Shown here: positions 1 to 8,102 of the stretch, one piece after another
How positions within the stretch are numbered: position 1 is the first letter of the stretch
How the letters are laid out: the number at the start of each line of letters is the position of its first letter
Assembly (NCBI GenBank): GCA_964496045.1
Contig: CAZBYE010000001.1
Span: 727 to 64,726, forward strand
DNA: 64,000 bases
Reading direction: 5' to 3'
From: an uncultured Stakelama sp.
GTDB lineage: Bacteria; Pseudomonadota; Alphaproteobacteria; Sphingomonadales; Sphingomonadaceae
Program-made: the position numbers and the translations under genes
The notes under the pieces: generated by a model
Database searches by the model: none
Told to the model about the DNA's origin: nothing
What the model saw: only the letters and a program-made list of their open reading frames with translations

Positions 1-567
1 GAACGCGCGGATCGATTCAACGCCGTAGACTCTGATCCCGAACATGTCGGCACCGCGCGGAAAGAACCAGCTGATGTTGCCCGGCATTGCGATGCAGCTG
101 TCGAGAAAGTCTATATCCAGCTGATCTTGCATGGGAGAACCGTCGGTCGTGAAGTCGGAAAGATGCAGAATGAAGCGCGAACCGACGCCATCCCCGTCGG
201 CATAGAGCGTAAACAACTCCATCCAGCTCGCGTTGACCCGCACCAGCGGCTTGTCGGACGTCGACGGCAGGCACGAGACCGACCAGTAATAGCGCTCAGT
301 CTGCCGCGGCACGGGAAGGCAGGTCCGACCGTAGCGGCCAAGGATCTCCAGAACATCTTCCGCCTGGGGCCGCCGCAGCAGCTTGTCGAAACGTGCGGCA
401 TATCTGAACCGGTGCTCGAGATTCTCCGAGCGCTCACCGGGGTCGAACAGGTCCAACTTGCCTGCGACCCATTCACGCTGCTGTTCGAGACTAACGAACT
501 GGCGCAGACCCGTGATGCGCGCCGCCTTGCTCGCCCTATCTGCTGCTTTGAACCCGTTGCCCGCCAC
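1..567 (-). CDS. Hypothetical protein, truncated at left window edge (absent from ORF track)
   Basis: Manual translation from GTG at 567 (GGAGGG about 11 nt upstream) stays open to position 1: MAGNGFKAADRASKAARITGLRQFVSLEQQREWVAG...RYYWSVSCLPSTSDKPLVRVNASWMELF...; composition is protein-like, and the + ORF 127..642 is its antisense shadow. Confidence 0.75.
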   Translation of the reverse strand, partial: MAGNGFKAADRASKAARITGLRQFVSLEQQREWVAGKLDLFDPGERSENLEHRFRYAARFDKLLRRPQAEDVLEILGRYGRTCLPVPRQTERYYWSVSCLPSTSDKPLVRVNASWMELFTLYADGDGVGSRFILHLSDFTTDGSPMQDQLDIDFLDSCIAMPGNISWFFPRGADMFGIRVYGVESIRAF

Positions 568-670
568 GTGCCGACCAGCCCTCCATTCATAATGGGGCGC
601 CCGATTGCCCCTGGCGCATCCATACCCCACATTCTCTCGTAGCTTCGCCGAAGCCCGAAAGGATGCCGCC

Positions 671-1153
671 ATGCTCACCCGCCGTCACCTGTTTGCCCTG
701 GCCGGTACCGGCGGCATCGCCGTCACCTTCGGCTGCTCCTCGCCGGAATCGCAGGCCGCGGAGCGGTTCGAGTTCACGCTGACCGATGCCGAATGGCGAA
801 ATCGTCTCAATCCGGCACAATATCGCGTGCTGCGGCAGGCCGCGACCGAACGCGCCTTCTCCAACCCGCTCGACAAGGAGAAGCGCGCCGGGGTCTTCGC
901 CTGTGCTGGCTGCGGCCTCCCGCTCTTCAGTTCGCGTACCAAATACGACAGCCGCACCGGCTGGCCGAGCTTCTACGCGCCGCTCAAGGACGCGATCCGC
1001 ACGCGCACCGATTATGCGATTGGCATCCCGCGCACCGAAGTGATCTGCCGCCGCTGCGGAGGTCATCTCGGCCACGTCTTCGACGACGGCCCTCCGCCGA
1101 CCGGCAAGCGCTACTGCATGAACGGAACGGCGATGAGCTTCACACCGTCCTGA
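671..1153 (+). CDS. msrB: Peptide-methionine (R)-S-oxide reductase MsrB with Tat-type signal
   Basis: TERAF, CAGC, GWPSF, RTEV-CRRCGGHLGHVFDDGP, RYCMN motifs; start re-called at ATG 671 (MLTRRHLF twin-arginine leader). Confidence 0.95.
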   Translation: MLTRRHLFALAGTGGIAVTFGCSSPESQAAERFEFTLTDAEWRNRLNPAQYRVLRQAATERAFSNPLDKEKRAGVFACAGCGLPLFSSRTKYDSRTGWPSFYAPLKDAIRTRTDYAIGIPRTEVICRRCGGHLGHVFDDGPPPTGKRYCMNGTAMSFTPS

Positions 1154-1162
1154 TCCGTCACG

Positions 1163-1363
1163 TCACCGAACGACAAAGGTCACGGCAAGGATCACACGCC
1201 ATTCGACGACCTTGTTGTCGCGGACCACACCCTTGGTGTCCTTGACCCAAACGCTTTCGATGTTTGCAACAGTCTCGCCGCATTTCGCGACACCGTCGCG
1301 GATCGCGTGCTCGATGCTCTCGGTTGAGCTCGAAATGACTTCAATGACTTTTGCAACCGCCAT
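1163..1363 (-). CDS. Dodecin-family flavin-binding protein
   Basis: 66 aa MAVAKVIEVISSSTESIEHAIRDGV...WVKD...VEWRV.L.VTF; start re-called at ATG 1363 (AGGAG upstream). Confidence 0.88.
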   Translation of the reverse strand: MAVAKVIEVISSSTESIEHAIRDGVAKCGETVANIESVWVKDTKGVVRDNKVVEWRVILAVTFVVR

Positions 1364-1452
1364 GGTCTGCTCCTGTCCTGTGATCGCCTTCCCGCCCAGG
1401 CAGAGTAGCTCAGGCTTCGGCCGATGACAAAGAGCTGGTAGCCAGCCGCGCC

Positions 1453-2004
1453 TTACTTCTGGAGCGAGGTGGTGATCCCGAACTTCTCGAGATCGACCGA
1501 CGCGATGGTCACGCCACCGAACAGGTCGTCGTCGCGCTCCAGCTTCGGCGTCTTGCCGGTGTAGATGAAGCCGTTGACGGGATAGGTCGAGGTTCCGAGG
1601 CCGCCGTTCGAAGCGAACCACACCTTGACGCGGCTCCAGTCGCCCTGCTCGGACACGTCGATCGCGACCACGTTCTTCTCGATACCGCCGCGACGCGACC
1701 AGTTGGCATGAGTCAGCAGCACTTCACGGTCGCTGATCACCTTCGACACCATCGCGACATGGCCAAGGCGCATGCGCTGGGTCGAAGCGAAGGACATGAC
1801 CGAACCGACCACCGGCTCGTCGCCACGCTCGTAACGGCCCTCGGCCTGCGCCCACCAGGTGTGCGCATTGCCGAAGATCTGAACGCCAGAGATCATGCGG
1901 GCATAGGGGGCGCACTGCCAGAACTGCGCGTTCGCGGGGGCGATCGTCGCCAGGCAAAGCGCTGCCATCAGCGCGAATCGCGCTGCGATAACCTTGGCTG
2001 TCAT
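1453..2004 (-). CDS. CHAP-domain protein (putative exported peptidoglycan amidase/peptidase)
   Basis: Signal peptide, QCAPYAR, GNAHTWW, GHVAMV, HANW. Confidence 0.88.
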   Translation of the reverse strand: MTAKVIAARFALMAALCLATIAPANAQFWQCAPYARMISGVQIFGNAHTWWAQAEGRYERGDEPVVGSVMSFASTQRMRLGHVAMVSKVISDREVLLTHANWSRRGGIEKNVVAIDVSEQGDWSRVKVWFASNGGLGTSTYPVNGFIYTGKTPKLERDDDLFGGVTIASVDLEKFGITTSLQK

Positions 2005-2315
2005 GCTGGCCCCCTTCGACCCCGAATCTCGTTGAAGGGTTGGTGGCAGATCGGTTCCGGCCAGCCTAGCCCGCCGCGCCGCTTATCCGACGAGTCGTTT
2101 CGTCGCGGCGATGACTGACATTCTGTTCAGCTTCGACGCCTGAATCCTGCTTCGAATCCCTGCGATCAGGCCGATCGTTACGCTCCCCACATCCAGTTGT
2201 TGCCCGAATGTCGCGCCCCGAATCCGTTTCGATCCTGGCTATTCAGTTCGTCGCAACCCGTGTTGCAACGCGGAAGCCTCTGTGATTCCTTATCTGAACG
2301 GCGGACGACGCGGGG

Positions 2316-2335
2316 TTAAGGCTGGTGTTAACCAT
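2316..2335 (+). promoter_or_regulatory. Candidate CtrA-type binding site
   Basis: TTAA-N8-TTAACCAT about 50 bp upstream of the ORF at 2387; spacer is one base longer than canonical TTAA-N7-TTAA, but the TTAACCAT half-site motif is present. Confidence 0.5.
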
Positions 2336-2386
2336 CTTCAGGCATCCTCCGCTGTGAAGGAGTAAAGTGGGTGGGAGTGAAGGAGA

Positions 2387-2938
2387 ATGAGCGCACGTAG
2401 CAAGCCGGCCGAAGGCGCGATGACGCTGGCCGAAATGAAGGAGTTCGCGGGCTTTGCCGCAGCGACGCAGCGTTACATCCGCCGCGCGCTCGACATCGGT
2501 CTCGATCGCACCGATGCGATGGAGCGCTGGTCCCGTGACGTGGTCGAAGCCGCCAGCATTCGTGCTCAGGCGCATATGTACGACCGTCTCCCCGAAATCC
2601 GTGCGCTGATCCCCGACGACAGCGGACTCGATGCGATGGAGCCATTCATGGCCCCGCTCATCACCGTTTCCGCTTTCGACCTGAGCCAGGGGCGGCTCAC
2701 CAGCTTCTCCTGCTATCGCTTCCTCTATGAGCGGCTGGTCGGCGCCGAGGTGCGGCCGTGGCTGCCCGCCGCCTTCTGCGCGGCGGCGGCGCTTCCGCAT
2801 CTCCATCCGGACCTGTGGCGCAAGCTGCTCCAGTCGATCAGCGAAGCGGCCGCAACCGCATCCGGCTGGTCGAACCGCCAGCCCGCCTTCTTCCCGCAAT
2901 GGGTGGAAAAGGTCGGCACCGAGCCGATGCCGGGCTGA
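2387..2938 (+). CDS. Hypothetical protein (183 aa)
   Basis: Strong RBS (AAGGAG), protein-like composition (TQRYIRRALDIGL, YRFLYERL); no domain recognised. Confidence 0.8.
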   Translation: MSARSKPAEGAMTLAEMKEFAGFAAATQRYIRRALDIGLDRTDAMERWSRDVVEAASIRAQAHMYDRLPEIRALIPDDSGLDAMEPFMAPLITVSAFDLSQGRLTSFSCYRFLYERLVGAEVRPWLPAAFCAAAALPHLHPDLWRKLLQSISEAAATASGWSNRQPAFFPQWVEKVGTEPMPG

Positions 2939-2959
2939 GATCTTCTCCGCGAGTCAGTC

Positions 2960-3685
2960 CTAACGGCAGACCCGCCACATCCGCTTCGCCTGATCGAGGT
3001 GGAAATGGTCGCGGTGCGCCGCATTGTAGTCGGGACTCAGAACCGTCGAAAATGCCCCGCACGCCCCGTCGCGCACATCGCGCAGGAAGCGCGCCTTCGA
3101 CCCCTTGGCCTCCCAATCGCCCACCAGCGTAATCCGCGTCCCGTCGGCCAGCCGGAATCCCGCGATGTCCACCGCATCAGCGGTCGAATGTTCGCTCCAG
3201 CTCGCCCCTTCGCGATTATACATCCTCCGGCAGTTATAGCTGCCGAAATGCTCGATCTCGGCGACCTTCTGACCGAAATGACGCTGCGCCGCGGGCTGGA
3301 CCACTTCCCATTCCCACACGGTCAGCGCCGCGGCGACGGGACAGGACATGCCAAGATCCGACGGCGCAAGCCCAATCCGCCGCGGGCCGCCTGTCCTGAA
3401 CCGAACCGCATCCTTATAACCGCACTGCCCACCCTGCTCGCTCAGCGGGGCCAGCGCCGTATAGCGCACGCCCGCCTTGTCGAGCGCCTTGCGGCATCCC
3501 GCAAAATCATCGGTCAGTGCCACCAGCTTGCGCCCGGTGAACAGGCCCACCGGCTGGCTCAGGTCGAGATCGGTCCAGGGCAAATCCTCCGGCCGGCCGC
3601 GCACCATCGCATAGAACAGCAGCAGCAAGGTCAGAGCCACCGCCGCCAGCACGATCGCTGCGGTCGCGTTGCGTAGCAGCTTCAC
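2960..3685 (-). CDS. Extensin-family protein (Extensin-like C domain)
   Basis: N-terminal TM; GSYNCR, SEHSTADAVDIAGF, VLSPDYNAAHRDHFHLD. Confidence 0.88.
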   Translation of the reverse strand: MKLLRNATAAIVLAAVALTLLLLFYAMVRGRPEDLPWTDLDLSQPVGLFTGRKLVALTDDFAGCRKALDKAGVRYTALAPLSEQGGQCGYKDAVRFRTGGPRRIGLAPSDLGMSCPVAAALTVWEWEVVQPAAQRHFGQKVAEIEHFGSYNCRRMYNREGASWSEHSTADAVDIAGFRLADGTRITLVGDWEAKGSKARFLRDVRDGACGAFSTVLSPDYNAAHRDHFHLDQAKRMWRVCR

Positions 3686-4434
3686 GCCCGGAATACCGCC
3701 TTCACCGGCTGCGACGTCACGGGATAGCCCAGCCCCTCGGGGATGCAGAGCAACTCCTCGCCATCGCGTGTCTCGACCCAGGGCGTGATCGCCTCGATCC
3801 GGTGTGCGCGTGCGTCCGCGACTGCCTCGGCGAAGCTCGCGAATTGCGCCAGCCGCTCGAGGTTGCGCCGCGTCGGATAGATGATCCGCGCCTCACCCCG
3901 ATCTGCCATGTCGAGCACGTCCCGGGCAGTCGCCCAGAACATCCGGACATTCTCATTGCCATCCACAACCGCCGCATCGCCGGCCCCTTCGGGCAGCCGC
4001 GCCAAATAGAAGCGTGTGTCGAACACCTTGTGCGATACGTCGCCCGGCGGCAGCCACCGCGCGAACGGGACCAGCATATCGAGGTCGAGGTCGAGTCCCA
4101 TCAGCACCTCACCCACCGGCGTTCCGCCATAGAGATCCGCACGCGCCGCCTCGCTGTCAGCAAGGCCGGACACCCCGATCGCAAGCCCCGCCTCCTCGAT
4201 CGTTTCGCGAATCGCCGCAATGCGCGCAGCCACATCGTCAGGGTCCCCGCGGTGCAGCGCCGCCAGCGCATGATCACCCGGATCGACCCGCCCGCCCGGA
4301 AACACCAGTGCCCCGCCGGCAAAGCGCATCGCCGCTGACCTCTCTACGATCAGCAACTCGGGCGCGTCCTCGTCACGCTCGCGCATCACGATCAGCGTTG
4401 CGGCTGGGATCGGCTGAGGAGGAGAAACCGTCAT
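3682..4434 (-). CDS. NUDIX hydrolase
   Basis: PAATL, FPGGRVD, AAIRETIEEAG, FDTRFY; 4-bp overlap with the extensin gene. Confidence 0.9.
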   Translation of the reverse strand: MTVSPPQPIPAATLIVMRERDEDAPELLIVERSAAMRFAGGALVFPGGRVDPGDHALAALHRGDPDDVAARIAAIRETIEEAGLAIGVSGLADSEAARADLYGGTPVGEVLMGLDLDLDMLVPFARWLPPGDVSHKVFDTRFYLARLPEGAGDAAVVDGNENVRMFWATARDVLDMADRGEARIIYPTRRNLERLAQFASFAEAVADARAHRIEAITPWVETRDGEELLCIPEGLGYPVTSQPVKAVFRA

Positions 4435-4477
4435 AGTCGGCGGGTTTACGGACCGGTGCCACGAATGGGAAGGCGGT

Positions 4478-6079
4478 CTAGAGCAGCCGTTGCTGCGCCG
4501 CGCCTGCCTCCTTCGGTGCTCTGCGAAACGCCGCGTTGGGATCGACCAGCGGGATGTCGGGCCGCCGCCCGCGAAACAGCTCGTCTATCGTCAGGATCTG
4601 CATCCGTGCATAGCTGCGCCCCGTCGCCTCCGAGTGGAAGCGGCCCACCGCCGCCGCCTCCCGCAGCATCGGCGCGGAGGGCGAGGAGCGGCTGACGATC
4701 ACCCCGATCGACGCCTTCTCCCGCTCCATCACCGAATGAAGATCGCGCACCACCTTTACGCCGACATGCTCGCCCCCCTTCACCGACACCAGCGCCTTCG
4801 CCGTCCGCTGCCGCTCGGGCTTGAAGTAGATGATGCCGTCGATCCCGCCGTCCGGCCCCTTCTTGCGTCCCGCAAAGGGCACCGCGTCGATCATCGACAC
4901 TGCCCACCACTGGAACTGATAGGGATCGCGCCGCGCCAGATCCTCGGCCGAAGCCCGGTCGCGCGGAGTTCCCTCGACATTCAATGCGATGCCGGGAAAC
5001 GCCGCCTTCATCCGCCGCTCGATCAGGCTGATCGCGAGATGAGTCACATCGATCCCCACCCAGCGTCGCCCGAGCTTCTGCGCGGCATGCACCGCCGTTC
5101 CGCAACCGCAGAACGGGTCGAGCACCAGGTCGCCTTCGTTCGACGAGGCGGCAATGATCCGCTCGAGCAGCGCGATCGGCTTCTGCGTGGGATAGCCCAG
5201 CCGCTCCTGCGCCTGCGAGTTGATCGCGGGGATATCGGCCCACAGTGCCTGCACCGGGACCCCGCGCGCCTCGTCCAGATAGCGCTTCAGCCTTATGCCG
5301 CCGCCGTTCCGCGTGAAGTGCAATCGCCCCTCCAGATCGAGGCGCTCCATCGTCTCGAACGGCATCCGCCAAAAGGAATGCACGCCCCTATACTCATAGT
5401 GATAACCGCCACCCGACAGCCCCTTGGCGGTCAGATTGTCGTCCATCCAAAGCCGGCCGTCAGGATCGCGATTGCGGAAGCGCGCCTCATAATCGCGGTC
5501 ATAGGGCGCGAATTGCGGGTTCCACACGGGCTTCGCACCCTTCGAATAGAAGAGGATGATGTCAGTGTTGCGGCCGTAACGCCCGCCATCGCTGTGCGCC
5601 GAGGTGCGCTTCCACGTAATCTCATTGCGGAACCGCTCGGCACCGAACACCCCGTCGGCGAGCAGCTTGAGGTAGTGGCTCGCAGTCGGATCGCAGTGAA
5701 GATAGAGGCTGCCCGTCGGCTTGAGCACGCGGTGCAGCTCGATCAGCCGGATCGCCATCATCGCAAGATAGGCCATCATGTCATTGGCGCCGAGGAATCT
5801 GCGCATCGCGTTGAGCAGGTCGAACGCGCGGGTACAGCCGCTCTGCATCGCCTGATCGAAGGCGTCCTCGGCGCTGTCGTTCCAATGCCAGCTATCCTCG
5901 AACGCCTCGACCTGAGCATCCGCCTCCGCCCCTGTCGGCGACCGGAACAGGATGTTGTAATTGGCGTTCGAATTGAACGGGGGGTCGAGGTAGATCAGAT
6001 CGACGCTCTCGTCCGCGAAATGCCCGCGCAGCACATCCAGATTGTCACCATAGAACAAATGATTCGCGAGCCGCATCAT
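4478..6079 (-). CDS. Site-specific N6-A/N4-C DNA methyltransferase (beta class) with C-terminal Mrr-like nuclease-fold domain
   Basis: GDNL, IYLDPPFNS (motif IV) preceding YPTQKP and LDPFCGCGT (motif I); C-terminal DGGIDG...VSVKGG; start re-called at ATG 6079/6076 with GGGAG RBS. Confidence 0.88.
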   Translation of the reverse strand: MMRLANHLFYGDNLDVLRGHFADESVDLIYLDPPFNSNANYNILFRSPTGAEADAQVEAFEDSWHWNDSAEDAFDQAMQSGCTRAFDLLNAMRRFLGANDMMAYLAMMAIRLIELHRVLKPTGSLYLHCDPTASHYLKLLADGVFGAERFRNEITWKRTSAHSDGGRYGRNTDIILFYSKGAKPVWNPQFAPYDRDYEARFRNRDPDGRLWMDDNLTAKGLSGGGYHYEYRGVHSFWRMPFETMERLDLEGRLHFTRNGGGIRLKRYLDEARGVPVQALWADIPAINSQAQERLGYPTQKPIALLERIIAASSNEGDLVLDPFCGCGTAVHAAQKLGRRWVGIDVTHLAISLIERRMKAAFPGIALNVEGTPRDRASAEDLARRDPYQFQWWAVSMIDAVPFAGRKKGPDGGIDGIIYFKPERQRTAKALVSVKGGEHVGVKVVRDLHSVMEREKASIGVIVSRSSPSAPMLREAAAVGRFHSEATGRSYARMQILTIDELFRGRRPDIPLVDPNAAFRRAPKEAGAAQQRLL

Positions 6080-6106
6080 ACGCTCCCACCGCGTGGCGCT
6101 GCGGTG

Positions 6107-6132
6107 GAACGCTAGACGATCATTTCGGGAAC
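6107..6132 (-). promoter_or_regulatory. Candidate alphaproteobacterial LexA (SOS) box
   Basis: Minus strand GTTC-N7-GATC-N7-GTTC, 28-53 bp upstream of the methyltransferase start. Confidence 0.5.
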
Positions 6133-6415
6133 GTGGGTGGATCTGCATCCGTTCCGGAGCCATTGGCGAAGGACATGGCTCTACTGCCCGGTTGCGCAGT
6201 TCCGCAGGCGACGACTGATCGATTTTGGTACCGCTCTGTGCGCCTTCAGTCGCCAGGCACAAAAAATCGTCATGATATGAATTGGTTATAAACCAAAGCA
6301 CATACTCCACCGCGGACCCGTCTCACTCAATACAACTGGAACCCTCGGCTCGATCTGGGCCACGGCACTGGTCAAAGAGGAGGACGAGTTCCGGCATTGC
6401 CGCTAGAGCCGGGGG

Positions 6416-6964
6416 ATGCCGCGGCTGATCTTGTTCAACAAACCCTATGGCGTGCTCTGCCAGTTTACCGACGCGCGCAATCCGACGCCGCGCCCGACCC
6501 TGTCGGACTTCATCGACATGCCGGGCATCTATCCTGCCGGGCGCCTCGATCTCGACAGCGAGGGGTTGCTGCTCCTCACCGATGATGGACGGTTGCAGGC
6601 GCGGATCGCGGACCCGCGGTTCAAGACCCCTAAAACCTATCTCGTGCAGGTCGAGGGCGAGCCGGACGAGATCGCATTGGAAGCGCTGCGCCGCGGGGTC
6701 CGTCTCAAGGATGGCATGACCCTACCCGCCGAGGTTGAGCGTATCGATCCGCCGCAACTCTGGCCGCGTGATCCGCCCGTGCGCTTCCGCAAAACCGTGC
6801 CCGATTGCTGGCTGCGCCTGACGATCCGCGAAGGGCGGAACCGCCAGGTGCGTCGGATGACCGCAACGGTCGGTCATCCGACGCTGCGCCTGATACGCTT
6901 GCGCATAGGCGATTGGACGCTCGACGGCCCGGCGCCCGGCAGCTGGCGGGAAACCACCAGCTGA
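6416..6964 (+). CDS. rluE: rRNA pseudouridine synthase, RluE-like
   Basis: [41 protein letters not shown]. Confidence 0.88.
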   Translation: MPRLILFNKPYGVLCQFTDARNPTPRPTLSDFIDMPGIYPAGRLDLDSEGLLLLTDDGRLQARIADPRFKTPKTYLVQVEGEPDEIALEALRRGVRLKDGMTLPAEVERIDPPQLWPRDPPVRFRKTVPDCWLRLTIREGRNRQVRRMTATVGHPTLRLIRLRIGDWTLDGPAPGSWRETTS

Positions 6965-6983
6965 ACGGGCGCCGTTCCGCACA

Positions 6984-8102
6984 TCAGAACCAGGCGCGCA
7001 CCCCGATCACGAAGTTGGTCGACGATGCGTCGCTCCCGCCAGCGCGGGCATAGTCGGCAGTGCGGCCGAACTTCGTTTCGTGGACGACGCCCACATAGGG
7101 GGCGAACTCACGCGCGATCTCATAACGCAGGCGCAGACCGAATTCAGCGCCGGTCAGCCCCGATCCGATACCAAGCTCCGGCATATCCTGCGCCGACAAG
7201 TCGAACTCGACCTTGGGCTGAAGGATCAGCCGCTGCGTCAACCGCTGGTCATACTCGCCCGCGAAGCTCGCCGTCACTTCACCCTTGTTTGACAGGTAGA
7301 GATAGCCGCTCACCTCGAACCAATATGGCGCAAGGCCTTCAACTCCGATCACCGCATGGGTTCGATCAGGACCTGCACCGACGTCCTGTCGGATACCGGC
7401 CTGGAGGTTGAAATAGGGATCGATCGCGCGGCTGTAGAGCGCCGTCAGTTCGGCGCCTTCCATCGCTTCGCCGAACTCGCCCTCGCCTTCAGCCTTGAAG
7501 ACGAAGCGGTTGATGTCGCCGCCATACCAGACGCTGCCCTCAAACTTATAGCCTTCATGGCCCTTGGCGATCTTGACCTCGGCAAGGTCGAGCATGACCT
7601 GATTAAAGGTGCCGCCCCCATGCTCGCGGCGAAGCATGTCGCGTGCAGGCTGCATGTCGTTCTTGCCCCACACGCGATCGGCATAGTTCGCTGCCACAGG
7701 GCGCGGCGCGGGCGCATCGCCGGCGGGCAGGCTGGTTCCGACCGCTGTATCGTCGACCGCGCTGGTTTTGGGCGTGCAATGCCCCATCTTCGCATGTTCT
7801 GGGGAACAGTCCGGATCGGTCACTGCGGGCGGTGCCTCGGGCTTGGCCTCGGGCATCGTGCAATGGCCCATTTTGGCATGCTCGGGTGTGCAACTGCTCT
7901 GCGCCGGGGCCGCAGGCGCCGGTTCCGGCATCTTGCAATGTCCCATTGCGGCATGTTCCGGGGTACAGCCTGAGGCGGCAGGTGCGGGCTTCGGGGCCGG
8001 TTGCGCGTCCTGCTGCCCGTGCCCGTCATGCGCCTGCGCCAATGCAGGTGCCGCGGCAACGAGCGCGCCGAGCGCTACGCCGATGGAAAGAAGCCGGTTC
8101 AT
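6984..8102 (-). CDS. copB: Copper resistance outer-membrane protein CopB/PcoB
   Basis: Signal peptide from ATG 8102 (overlaps copA stop); WYGGDINR, GVEGLAPYWFE, LRLRYEIAREFAPYVG, terminal WF. Confidence 0.93.
   Translation of the reverse strand: MNRLLSIGVALGALVAAAPALAQAHDGHGQQDAQPAPKPAPAASGCTPEHAAMGHCKMPEPAPAAPAQSSCTPEHAKMGHCTMPEAKPEAPPAVTDPDCSPEHAKMGHCTPKTSAVDDTAVGTSLPAGDAPAPRPVAANYADRVWGKNDMQPARDMLRREHGGGTFNQVMLDLAEVKIAKGHEGYKFEGSVWYGGDINRFVFKAEGEGEFGEAMEGAELTALYSRAIDPYFNLQAGIRQDVGAGPDRTHAVIGVEGLAPYWFEVSGYLYLSNKGEVTASFAGEYDQRLTQRLILQPKVEFDLSAQDMPELGIGSGLTGAEFGLRLRYEIAREFAPYVGVVHETKFGRTADYARAGGSDASSTNFVIGVRAWF
7776..7967 (-). repeat. Three C-[TS]-PEHA-[AK]-MGHC repeats in the CopB N-terminus
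   Basis: Copies at 7935-7967, 7860-7892 and 7776-7808; a fourth copy lies in CopA at 8711-8743. Confidence 0.95.

Noticed and set aside
127-642. 171-aa plus-strand ORF and the other listed ORFs in 17..632
   Set aside because: Shadows of the better minus-strand frame 567..1; no recognisable motifs.
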